Shown: positions 17,135 through 24,755 of the stretch, in pieces
How the letters are laid out: every line of letters begins with the position of its first letter
Position numbering within the stretch: the stretch's first letter is position 1
Source of the DNA: a virus
Lineage: Duplodnaviria; Heunggongvirae; Uroviricota; Caudoviricetes
Reading direction: 5' to 3' (one strand)
IMG/VR virus record: IMGVR_UViG_3300031087_000527
Coordinates: 145,384-209,383 of that record
Length of the DNA: 64,000 bases
Made by a program: the position numbers and the translations under genes
Notes under the pieces: model-generated
Databases searched by the model: none
Told to the model about the DNA's origin: nothing
Seen by the model: only the letters and a program-made list of their open reading frames with translations

Positions 17135-17441
17135 GAGAAGAAGTTATGCGAAGGGACTACTTTTAGTAGTCCTTTTTTTATTTAAAAATCAAAAGCAGAA
17201 TATTATAATGAGCAATAAAAAAGTGCTGACGTGTGCTGACATTTTTGATTACGCAAGCCATTCTCATCATATGAAAGAAGTAAAAGAAAAGCGTGAATCG
17301 CTTAAAATTGAGTTCGCAAGTCTAGCTTGATTTCTACAGGATAAGATTATTCTAAAATAGAGGCAACATTTTGCTTGTGCATGATGTTGTCTTTTGCTAT
17401 ACTTTCTTCATAGAAAGTAATTATGATTAAAGAGGTTGGCG

Positions 17442-17657
17442 ATGTGTAAATCTTTCATGCTTTTTCTGATAAGTCTGTTATATATTATTGGTTTTTTTAA
17501 GCTGGTTGGTTTTCCTTTTGTGCCTTCAGTGGATCATAAAGGTTTAGAGATGCTGGCTTTTGTGTTCTACCTGTTCAGTGTTATTTATGCGGTCTTTTAT
17601 ATTGTGGTATCTCTGTTCACCTTTCGCGTGTCATCAGACGTTGAAGAAAAAAACTAA
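17442..17657 (+). CDS. small membrane protein (two TM helices)
   Basis: AAGAGG SD. Hydrophobic throughout. Confidence 0.55.
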   Translation: MCKSFMLFLISLLYIIGFFKLVGFPFVPSVDHKGLEMLAFVFYLFSVIYAVFYIVVSLFTFRVSSDVEEKN

Positions 17658-17668
17658 GAGGCTTCAAA

Positions 17669-18010
17669 ATGGATAAGTTTATCTCCCCATCAAAAGTTGT
17701 TATTGGTCAACCTCACGCGGCGGTATTTGCCCGTGGTGAGTTCTGCGATAAAGCAACTAACATTCAGTTTCAAGGTCTTAATGAAGAGCAAAAGCTTGCG
17801 GTTAAAGCTGCTGTTGTTTCATCAGATTGCCAAAATACAAAGCCATATATTCAAGGTGATTCCAATGATTGGCTTTTGATAGAGTTCTGGTCATCAGATA
17901 TGGTTGATGTGGCTCATGCCTGCGTTGTGCTTGCGAGAGTGGCAGGTTTGACTGAGGATCAGGTACCAGGCCTTTCTCATCCAGATTTTAAAGGCGTATT
18001 TGAAGTTTAA
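17669..18010 (+). CDS. hypothetical protein (113 aa)
   Basis: AAGAGG SD. Confidence 0.75.
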   Translation: MDKFISPSKVVIGQPHAAVFARGEFCDKATNIQFQGLNEEQKLAVKAAVVSSDCQNTKPYIQGDSNDWLLIEFWSSDMVDVAHACVVLARVAGLTEDQVPGLSHPDFKGVFEV

Positions 18011-18044
18011 ACATTTTTGACAACCACTTCTTCTAAGAGGATAT

Positions 18045-18557
18045 ATGGAAAACTCTTTATTTATTATTCAGCGTATTAATGGTTATGATTACGAAGGTGA
18101 AACCAAAACAATCATAGCGACACGTCATACGACGAAAAAAGCTATCGAAGAAGAAGTTGATCGTCTTAATAATTTCATGGATGGTGTAGAGATGCCAGAG
18201 CCAGGTAGTTCTTCATGGAACTATTTTGATTTTGAAGAGCTTTTTATATCGGCTGAGGGTGAGTATGAAAATTTTTTATTATCCAGCAAGAAAAATACTG
18301 TATTGAATATGGCTGGCTTAAAAAATGATATTAAACGTCGTTTTGATAAGACTTATTCTTATTACATGAGTGGCGAATATCGTTATTCAGATAAAACACT
18401 AGAGTCTTATCTGAAGGAGTCATATTCTCGCTTTCTTTCAGGTGACACGTATTTGTCAGACTTGTTGGATATTGCTGAGGAGCTTCAGCACAAAGGCTTT
18501 ATCAAGTCTGATGTGTCAGTGATCAGGGCATCGTTGTTTGTAGTTAAAGGCAAGTAA
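18045..18557 (+). CDS. hypothetical protein (170 aa)
   Basis: AAGAGGAT SD. Confidence 0.8.
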   Translation: MENSLFIIQRINGYDYEGETKTIIATRHTTKKAIEEEVDRLNNFMDGVEMPEPGSSSWNYFDFEELFISAEGEYENFLLSSKKNTVLNMAGLKNDIKRRFDKTYSYYMSGEYRYSDKTLESYLKESYSRFLSGDTYLSDLLDIAEELQHKGFIKSDVSVIRASLFVVKGK

Positions 18558-18638
18558 GTCCTTGTGAATGAGTAGAAATGCTCATTCACAATATATATAT
18601 AGCGTGATCAAAAAAACACGCGGTTGAACGAAAATAGC

Positions 18639-18677
18639 AAAAAAAGAGTTGTACTTAAAGATCCACTTTGCTATGAT
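18639..18677 (+). promoter_or_regulatory. sigma70-like promoter (A-tract, GAGTTGTACT, 17 nt, TATGAT)
   Basis: Conserved tRNA promoter motif upstream of tRNA-Arg(TCT). Confidence 0.6.
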
Positions 18678-18704
18678 TGTTTTATCGAGAGAGAACAATA
18701 TATT

Positions 18705-18781
18705 GCGTCCTTAGCTCAGCAGGATAGAGCAACGGCCTTCTAAGCCGTAGGTCATAGGTTCGAATCCTATAGGACGCGCCA
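18705..18781 (+). tRNA. tRNA-Arg (anticodon TCT)
   Basis: Acceptor GCGTCCT/AGGACGC. D arm GCTC-AGCAGGATA-GAGC. Anticodon stem ACGGC/GCCGT with loop CTTCTAA. T arm ATAGG-TTCGAAT-CCTAT. G-CCA. Confidence 0.9.
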
Positions 18782-18806
18782 CAAAAATAAATCTCACGAG
18801 GTCGAT

Positions 18807-19139
18807 ATGAAAATGTTTAAACGTTTTATTTTTGTGATGCTAATGGCATGTAGCTTTTCGAGCCTGGCTGACTATTATGAGTGTGATATTAGCAATGGCT
18901 CGGTAGGTTTTTGTGGATCGTGGGCGCAAGAAAAAAGTTATCCGGTTCAGGATCAGAGCGGAACATTTCATGACTGTGATATCAATAACGGGTCTGTGGG
19001 TTTCTGTGGTGGATGGAGCCAACGACAAAGTTTTCCGGTAAAGCAGTCAGATGGATCTTACAGTAAATGCGATATCAATAATGGCTCAGTGGGTTTCTGT
19101 GCTGGTTGGTATCAAGGCAAAGCATATATTCAAAAATAA
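18807..19139 (+). CDS. secreted small protein with three 35-aa Cys-pair repeats (CDInNGSVGFCgGW)
   Basis: Signal peptide MKMFKRFIFVMLMACSFSSLA. Internal triple repeat. Paralogue of 19194. Confidence 0.8.
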   Translation: MKMFKRFIFVMLMACSFSSLADYYECDISNGSVGFCGSWAQEKSYPVQDQSGTFHDCDINNGSVGFCGGWSQRQSFPVKQSDGSYSKCDINNGSVGFCAGWYQGKAYIQK

Positions 19140-19193
19140 AAAGTAAAGTCGGCTTTTGCCAAAAATTAATATAGTGATTCTTACGAGGCTGAA

Positions 19194-19526
19194 ATGGGAA
19201 TGTTTAAACGTTTTATATTAGTGATGTTAATGGCATGTAGTTTTTCAAGTTTTGCTGATTATTATGAATGCCAACTTGTGAGCGGTAGGCCTACTTCATG
19301 TGGCTCATGGGCAGATGCTCAAAACTATCCAGTGAAGCAAGAAGATGGTTTTTATAAGGATTGTAGCATTACGAGTGGAAGTGCGTCGATGTGTAGTGGC
19401 TGGAGTGATCGGGATACATTTCCTGTAAAAGATGATAGCGGTTTTTATCAAACTTGTTCACTGGTAAGTGGCAGGGCGACTACATGTAGCGGTTGGTATG
19501 ATGGTAAGGCTATTGTTGAACCATAA
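19194..19526 (+). CDS. secreted small protein, paralogue of 18807 (three Cys-pair repeats)
   Basis: Signal peptide MGMFKRFILVMLMACSFSSFA. Repeats C.L.SGR.T.C.GW. Confidence 0.8.
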   Translation: MGMFKRFILVMLMACSFSSFADYYECQLVSGRPTSCGSWADAQNYPVKQEDGFYKDCSITSGSASMCSGWSDRDTFPVKDDSGFYQTCSLVSGRATTCSGWYDGKAIVEP

Positions 19527-19529
19527 AAA

Positions 19530-19571
19530 GTAAAAAAAGCTGTTGTACTGAAAGAAAATAGTAGGTATAAT
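19530..19571 (+). promoter_or_regulatory. sigma70-like promoter (A-tract, CTGTTGTACT, 17 nt, TATAAT)
   Basis: Upstream of tRNA-Met. Confidence 0.6.
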
Positions 19572-19584
19572 AGCTTTACAAAAC

Positions 19585-19660
19585 GGCCCCTTAGCTCAGT
19601 GGTTAGAGCAGGCGACTCATAATCGCTTGGTCGCTGGTTCAAGTCCAGCAGGGGCCACCA
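19585..19660 (+). tRNA. tRNA-Met (anticodon CAT; elongator type, or Ile2 if lysidinylated)
   Basis: Acceptor GGCCCCT/AGGGGCC with G1-C72 paired. D arm GCTC-AGTGGTTA-GAGC. Anticodon stem GGCGA/TCGCT with loop CTCATAA. T arm GCTGG-TTCAAGT-CCAGC. A-CCA. Confidence 0.85.
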
Positions 19661-19755
19661 GCATTCATACTCTCTTTGAATGTATTTGATTGAAAGGTTT
19701 TTTACTGCTATAAAAGTTTGTTTAATAAAAAGGAAGCCACGAACTTCCTTTTCAT

Positions 19756-19842
19756 GCCTCAGTGGTGAAATAGGTAGACACAAGAGATTCAAAATCTCTC
19801 GCCTTCACGGGCGTACCAGTTCGATTCTGGTCTGAGGCACCA
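19756..19842 (+). tRNA. tRNA-Leu (anticodon CAA, type II)
   Basis: Acceptor GCCTCAG/CTGAGGC. D arm GTG-AAATAGGTAGA-CAC. Anticodon stem AGAGA/TCTCT with loop TTCAAAA. 15-nt variable hairpin. T arm ACCAG-TTCGATT-CTGGT. Preceded by the hairpin GGAAGCCACGAACTTCC plus TTTT. Confidence 0.85.
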
Positions 19843-19860
19843 ATAAAAGAGGGAAATACT

Positions 19861-20253
19861 ATGTTAACCCAAGAAAATGTAGCATTGATTCATAAAGCGA
19901 TTCCGTTATATGCTGAAAAAGTAAGGCTGGAGTCTGATATTGTTAGTGTGATGATTGATGATTCTGTGGAGCTTAAAGAGCGTGCGGAGCAGAATCAGAG
20001 AGTGCTTAAGGTGATTGCTCAAAAAGTGAATATCGCCTTTGAGAACCACGAAAGACCTCAGCTTGAAGGTCGTGAGCGCGTTCTGCTTATCGGAATGATG
20101 AGTTTTCTGATCAGAGAGATTGAAGCGCGTCAGATGATAAACGTAGCAGGTCATGACAATGTTGTTGCGGATGTTTTCAATCAAAAGATCGAGCGGAAGA
20201 TTAAAGAAATCAGAGGAATGATGGCTGATTTCAAAAAAGAAAAAATTTTATAA
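19861..20253 (+). CDS. hypothetical protein (130 aa)
   Basis: AAAGAGGGAAA SD. Confidence 0.8.
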   Translation: MLTQENVALIHKAIPLYAEKVRLESDIVSVMIDDSVELKERAEQNQRVLKVIAQKVNIAFENHERPQLEGRERVLLIGMMSFLIREIEARQMINVAGHDNVVADVFNQKIERKIKEIRGMMADFKKEKIL

Positions 20254-20345
20254 AAAGTGCTTGTGCAGCAAGAGAGAAGTGGATATAATGAGTCTCTAAG
20301 CTGAACAAAGCAATGAATATTAACGAGATAGAGGAGGTTAGATAA

Positions 20346-20465
20346 AAGGACTGGTTAGTGTCCAGTTCTCGATAATAGTAGCTAAGATCATTCGCATACC
20401 CTTAAGTCGAATGTAGCCGGATACGTAAAAGTGTATCTGATTATCGGTAGAGCACTAGATATTTT
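20346..20465 (+). ncRNA. candidate small RNA, repeat copy A (about 120 nt)
   Basis: TATAAT at about 20284 upstream. Hairpins GGACTGG..CCAGTTC and GGATACgtaaaagtGTATC. T-run at the 3' end. Copy B carries compensatory substitutions. Confidence 0.4.
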
Positions 20466-20562
20466 ATTCTTATATTATGATCTTATATTGATGATGAGCT
20501 TTGAGGCTGCTATGAGCCGTAAATCATAGAGTGGATTTAACTAACAGAGGGGGAGAATAGAT

Positions 20563-20682
20563 ATTAGGACTGGTTGGTGTCCAGTTCTCAGTGATAGTAG
20601 CTAAGACCATTCGCATAACCTTAAGTCGAATGTAGCTGGACACGTAAAAGTGTGTCTGATCACTGGTAGAGCACAAGATATT
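20563..20682 (+). ncRNA. candidate small RNA, repeat copy B (about 85% identical to A)
   Basis: GGACACgtaaaagtGTGTC: the T>C and A>G changes relative to copy A preserve the pairing. No ORF. Confidence 0.4.
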
Positions 20683-20945
20683 TAAAAACTTATTGATAAT
20701 TTTATATGATGAATATTTAGGAATAGGCGTCTACAGCCGTAAAGTAGAAAGCAATATTTGAACTCGTCTTGCTGATGCTATTAGGCGGATTGAGGTGGAT
20801 ATGAAGCCACAAATAATAGCAGAGAGCCACCTTCGGGTGGCTTTTCTTGTTTTAAAGAGAAAGTTTTGACAAAAGAAGCGCCGTAAGGTTTAATATAAGA
20901 ACAAATCAGCATCCTGTTTTAATATAAACTAAATAGGAGAAAAAT

Positions 20946-21266
20946 ATGAAAGAGTTAATCAAAAAAGAGTTAATGTTCATTGAAGAAAATGCTGATTTGC
21001 TGAGAAATAACTATGATCCTGTAATTTTTGATTTTGAAGGACATGAGCCAAAGTATTTGTGTATAATGGAGTTCGCGCCATTCTCTATGCAAATAAACGT
21101 CCGCATAGAACCAGAACTGTGTTTTTTGTTTTCTGAGAAAGGAAAAAGCAAGGTGGTAATAAGCAGGCAGTCCAGAGAAATGGATGAAGAAGAAGAAAAA
21201 ATCTTCAAAAGTTTCATTGGAAAAGTCTACGAGAGATCAAAAAATCAACATGATTCATGGTATTAA
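20946..21266 (+). CDS. hypothetical protein (106 aa)
   Basis: AATAGGAGAAAAA SD. Confidence 0.8.
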   Translation: MKELIKKELMFIEENADLLRNNYDPVIFDFEGHEPKYLCIMEFAPFSMQINVRIEPELCFLFSEKGKSKVVISRQSREMDEEEEKIFKSFIGKVYERSKNQHDSWY

Positions 21267-21336
21267 AACAAGAAAGGGGGCCAAGCCTCCTTTTTTATTG
21301 CATATTGATCAAAAAGTCTTCAGTTAGTTAAAAATA

Positions 21337-21377
21337 GTAAAAAAAGTGTTGTACTGAAAGGTGGTCTTTGCTATTAT
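21337..21377 (+). promoter_or_regulatory. sigma70-like promoter (A-tract, GTGTTGTACT, 17 nt, TATTAT)
   Basis: Upstream of the second tRNA-Arg(TCT). Confidence 0.55.
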
Positions 21378-21416
21378 TACTACATCGAAACGCGGTGTAG
21401 AGCGTAAGATAATATT

Positions 21417-21493
21417 GCTTCCTTAGCTCAGCAGGATAGAGCAACGGCCTTCTAAGCCGTAGGTCATAGGTTCGAATCCTATAGGATGCGCCA
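21417..21493 (+). tRNA. tRNA-Arg (anticodon TCT), second copy with T3:T70 acceptor mismatch
   Basis: Body identical to 18705. Acceptor GCTTCCT/AGGATGC has one mismatch. Confidence 0.75.
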
Positions 21494-21707
21494 GTTATGC
21501 GAGCCTACCTCTCTGTATAACATAAGTGATTATTGTGCTGTGTTTGAAACCGTGATCAATCGGGGCTGAGCTGATTTAAGAAAGATGCCTAATATTGCTT
21601 TCTAAGCTGAGTCTAAAATAATTGATAAGCCTTCATTTCACTATTTAAAACTTGTATAGGCGGCGAAACAAGTTAACTTAAAAAAGGAAGTTGCACCTTC
21701 CTTTAAT

Positions 21708-21793
21708 GCCTCAGTGGTGAAATCGGTAGACACAAGGGATTTAAAATCCCTCGGCTTAGCGCTGTACCAGTTCGAGTCTGGTCTGAGGCACCA
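21708..21793 (+). tRNA. tRNA-Leu (anticodon TAA, type II)
   Basis: Acceptor GCCTCAG/CTGAGGC. D arm GTG-AAATCGGTAGA-CAC. Anticodon stem AGGGA/TCCCT with loop TTTAAAA. T arm ACCAG-TTCGAGT-CTGGT. A-CCA. Preceded by the hairpin GGAAGTTGCACCTTCC plus TTT. Confidence 0.85.
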
Positions 21794-21865
21794 AACAATA
21801 TACGCGCTGCGTAAATTGAGTAGGAGATATGTCATGCCAACGTATTCTCTTACTGATCGATTAAT

Positions 21866-21955
21866 GGTGAAGTGGTAGAGAGGCTTAATACACTGTCCTG
21901 CTAAGACAGAGTGTGGGAAACCGCACCGAGGGTTCGAATCCCTCCTTCACCGCCA
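21866..21955 (+). tRNA. tRNA-Ser (anticodon GCT, type II)
   Basis: Acceptor GGTGAAG/CTTCACC. D arm GTA-GAGAGGCTTAA-TAC. Anticodon stem CTGTC/GACAG with loop CTGCTAA. 18-nt variable arm. T arm GAGGG-TTCGAAT-CCCTC. G-CCA. Confidence 0.85.
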
Positions 21956-22037
21956 AATAAAGAAAAAGCTTGTGCATAATGTCAATAATCGCTATACTCT
22001 TATCACTGAAACAAAATCACCTATATCAAGGAATAAA

Positions 22038-22307
22038 ATGAAAAACTCTACTTTTGCTGCTATCCTGTTTACTCTGGCTGCTACTGTTGCTGTATCGGGC
22101 TGCGATAAAAAGATCGACAACGCACTGATCGGTGTAAACCAGTGTAACGTCGTTCAGGAAAAGAATGCGGATGGCTCATTAGGCAAAACCAATACCATCT
22201 GTAAAAAAGCCAGTATTAACGAGTTGATTGCATCTATTTCTGAAAGCAAAAAGCAAGGCGGAAAAGGCATCGTCTCTGTAGATGTCAATGGACACAAACT
22301 TATGTAA
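22038..22307 (+). CDS. small lipoprotein (signal peptide with lipobox AVSGC)
   Basis: AAGGAAT SD. N-terminus MKNSTFAAILFTLAATVAVSGCDKK. Terminator 22315..22342. Confidence 0.7.
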   Translation: MKNSTFAAILFTLAATVAVSGCDKKIDNALIGVNQCNVVQEKNADGSLGKTNTICKKASINELIASISESKKQGGKGIVSVDVNGHKLM

Positions 22308-22443
22308 TAGATAAAAGGGCCGCTTCGAGCGGTCTTTTTTTATTTTAAAATGACAATAAATAGCTTGTGCAAGATCGGTGTTAAGAGTATACTTTCTTTA
22401 TTGAAGTGAACCTTACCTAAAAACTCTCGCAGGAATGACGAAA

Positions 22444-22788
22444 ATGAAAAAACTGATTGCTATCGTTGTTGGTGCTGTTCTGTGTGTATCTTCTGTTTCT
22501 ACTGCTCAGGCAACTGATAAAGCGATTATTTATGGCGCTCTCGGTGCGATTGCCGGATATGTGATTGGCTCTCAAATGTCAGATCGTAATGATAACCGAA
22601 ATGACAGCCGCCGTAATGATAACTATCGTTATGAGCAGCGTCAACGCCAGCAACAGATGCAAATGAATCAGGATCCGTCTATTGCCTATTTCACGAATGA
22701 TGGTTGCCCCGTGCGCCGCTATCAACAAACTGACTGGAATGGTAGCTCTCGTGTTGTTCTGGTGAATGAGTGCCGCCGTCAGAACTAA
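22444..22788 (+). CDS. small secreted protein (signal peptide), paralogue of 22866
   Basis: N-terminus MKKLIAIVVGAVLCVSSVSTAQA. C-terminal DGCPV...VLVNECRRQN resembles its paralogue. Confidence 0.7.
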   Translation: MKKLIAIVVGAVLCVSSVSTAQATDKAIIYGALGAIAGYVIGSQMSDRNDNRNDSRRNDNYRYEQRQRQQQMQMNQDPSIAYFTNDGCPVRRYQQTDWNGSSRVVLVNECRRQN

Positions 22789-22865
22789 TAAAACCTCTTG
22801 TGCAGAGGCGTAAGTTCAACTATACTACGCCTCTTATAATATTGATTACTCATTTAAGGAAAAAC

Positions 22866-23198
22866 ATGAAAAAGATGACTGTTGTTGCTCTGGCGGCTGT
22901 GTTGGCTCTGACTTCAGTTACGGCTGATGCGAAGTCTCGCTCACGATCTAAATCGTCCTCATGGACTAAGCATTTGGCTATCGCAGGCGGTGCTGCAGCT
23001 GTAGGTTATATGATGGGGCGTTCTTCTGGTAGCAGCACAGAACCACTTGAGCCAGTTCGTCAGAATCAGGATTACAACGCGCAACAGCCGCAAAAAACCT
23101 CTGATGGCTGCGTGTTGAAAAACTCAATCGAGACGATGGAAGATGGTAGCTTGCACAACGTCACTGTTAAAGAGTGTAACGACGATTACAGTTATTAA
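22866..23198 (+). CDS. small secreted protein (signal peptide), paralogue of 22444
   Basis: AAGGAAAAA SD. N-terminus MKKMTVVALAAVLALTSVTADA. C-terminal DGCVL...VTVKECNDD. Confidence 0.7.
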   Translation: MKKMTVVALAAVLALTSVTADAKSRSRSKSSSWTKHLAIAGGAAAVGYMMGRSSGSSTEPLEPVRQNQDYNAQQPQKTSDGCVLKNSIETMEDGSLHNVTVKECNDDYSY

Positions 23199-23245
23199 TC
23201 TACAGGGCGGCTAAAAACCGCCTTGTTTTATAAGGAGCGTTTCAA

Positions 23246-23494
23246 ATGAATTGGTTTTGGATTGTCGTAAAGAATATGCATCGTGGTGTTATTCTGGTGC
23301 CACTTTACCTTACTGAGCGTGTCTGCCACTATGTTGGCGAAGGTCTGGTGAGTTTTTCATGTGGAGTAGAAAAGCTACGTAAAAACCTCCAAGTTAAGCT
23401 CCCTGTTTATGGCAAGGAGTTTATCGAAGCTGAAGATCGCAAAGAGCGTCAAAAAGCAGAGGCGCAACTGAAAAGTCAGGAATGGGATGAGTAA
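23246..23494 (+). CDS. hypothetical protein (82 aa)
   Basis: AAGGAG SD. Terminator 23499..23522 (GCCGCCTTCGGGCGG plus T-run). Confidence 0.65.
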   Translation: MNWFWIVVKNMHRGVILVPLYLTERVCHYVGEGLVSFSCGVEKLRKNLQVKLPVYGKEFIEAEDRKERQKAEAQLKSQEWDE

Positions 23495-23599
23495 AAGATA
23501 AGCCGCCTTCGGGCGGTTTTTTAGTAAAAACCCTTGCGCATGTTGTCATTGTTTGTTATGATGTTCTCATATTGTGATGAACAACTAAGAGATAAGACG

Positions 23600-24241
23600 A
23601 TGCGTTATTTTGAGAAAAAAGACTTTACTCAGTTCTGCGAGAAAGCTGAATCTTTTGGTCAGGTTTTGGCTGAAAAAGAAGAGAACCGTATTTCCGCTCT
23701 CAAAACTCATAATACCTATACGAATGAAATGCGTCAGGGGATTCTTGATTGCCGTTCAAAAGCTATGGGCCGCGTGTTTATGAAAGGTGTGCTGACTGAA
23801 TATTGGGCCACTCAAGATGGCATGATTGTCAAAGCGGATAAAATTACTCATTCTTGGGGTGTAAGAGGCGATTCTGTTCGTAAGGTAAAGACGTTTAGCT
23901 GCTGTACCCGTTTCCACAAATCGTCTTCTATCGCATTAGCAGTATTGATGGCGAAAGTTTTTCTGCTTCCCGAAGGTGATTCAATGAAAGCATACACGGT
24001 TCGCCTTAAAGATGGTAACTGGTGGAACTGTAAACTTGAAAACCTTGAGTTGGTAAAGAAGGGTAGCATGGGGGCCGCCATAAAGAAATCTGTAAAAGTG
24101 ATGAGGAACGGAAAGTTTTATGCCGCCTTTGAAAGTGTTTCAGTATGTGCCGCTCAGCTTCGCATTCCTCGTCGCCGTATGAGTGAGATGCTGGCTACAG
24201 GTAAGCAAGTAAATGGTTTTACTGTTGAGCGTTTTTCCTAA
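23600..24241 (+). CDS. hypothetical protein (213 aa)
   Basis: AAGAGATAAG SD before the ATG at 23600. The upstream part of the track ORF is probably promoter sequence. Confidence 0.7.
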   Translation: MRYFEKKDFTQFCEKAESFGQVLAEKEENRISALKTHNTYTNEMRQGILDCRSKAMGRVFMKGVLTEYWATQDGMIVKADKITHSWGVRGDSVRKVKTFSCCTRFHKSSSIALAVLMAKVFLLPEGDSMKAYTVRLKDGNWWNCKLENLELVKKGSMGAAIKKSVKVMRNGKFYAAFESVSVCAAQLRIPRRRMSEMLATGKQVNGFTVERFS

Positions 24242-24258
24242 CAAATAAGGAGTTATCT

Positions 24259-24726
24259 ATGTGGAAATATATTTCTGGCACTGAAAAAGACTTTGTTGGT
24301 TCTCCAGATTGGGCAACGCAACGGCTGGACACCGATAAGGGAGAGCCTCAGACGCCACAGGAAGCGTTTGTAGCGTGGATCGGTGATATTGGCGGCAAAC
24401 GTATGGTTAAAGACCAGTTTAGCCCTGAGCGCGAGTTTGATGGCAACTATGGCTATCGCAACTTCATCAGCGCAGAACGTGTAAAGCTGAATGTAGCTGA
24501 ACCGACATTTCTGCCTGTTGAGCCTCAAGAGAAAGATCTTTATAAGAAGGTAAAAGAAGATGTCTCTGTAAATACCGCAGGCGGAAAGATTGATTACCTC
24601 AAAGGCGAACATGTATCTTATGGTGGCGACATTACCATGTTTGGAAAAGTATGGTCTGTTATTTCGATCAGTGATAATGAAGACTATATGGGATTTGTTT
24701 CACCGGATATGCTGGAAGATATTTAA
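24259..24726 (+). CDS. hypothetical protein (155 aa)
   Basis: AAGGAG SD. Convergent terminator shared with the chemotaxis-protein gene. Confidence 0.8.
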   Translation: MWKYISGTEKDFVGSPDWATQRLDTDKGEPQTPQEAFVAWIGDIGGKRMVKDQFSPEREFDGNYGYRNFISAERVKLNVAEPTFLPVEPQEKDLYKKVKEDVSVNTAGGKIDYLKGEHVSYGGDITMFGKVWSVISISDNEDYMGFVSPDMLEDI

Positions 24727-24755
24727 CAAAAGAAAAGCCTCTAACGAGGCTTTTT

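Noticed and set aside
17208-17330. 40-aa ORF MSNKKVLTCADIFDYASHSHHMKEVKEKRESLKIEFASLA
   Set aside because: It is the tail of an overlapping track ORF with a TATAAT box abutting its ATG and no SD. It could be a leaderless small gene, but support is weak.
20760-20870. 22-codon ORF MKPQIIAESHLRVAFLVLKRKF
   Set aside because: It reads through a terminator hairpin (GCCACCTTCGGGTGGC) and is not plausibly coding.
21641-21835. Minus-strand 64-aa track ORF
   Set aside because: It is antisense to tRNA-Leu(TAA).
24253-24612. Minus-strand ORF overlapping 24259..24726
   Set aside because: The plus-strand gene has an AAGGAG SD and a terminator. The antisense ORF has neither.
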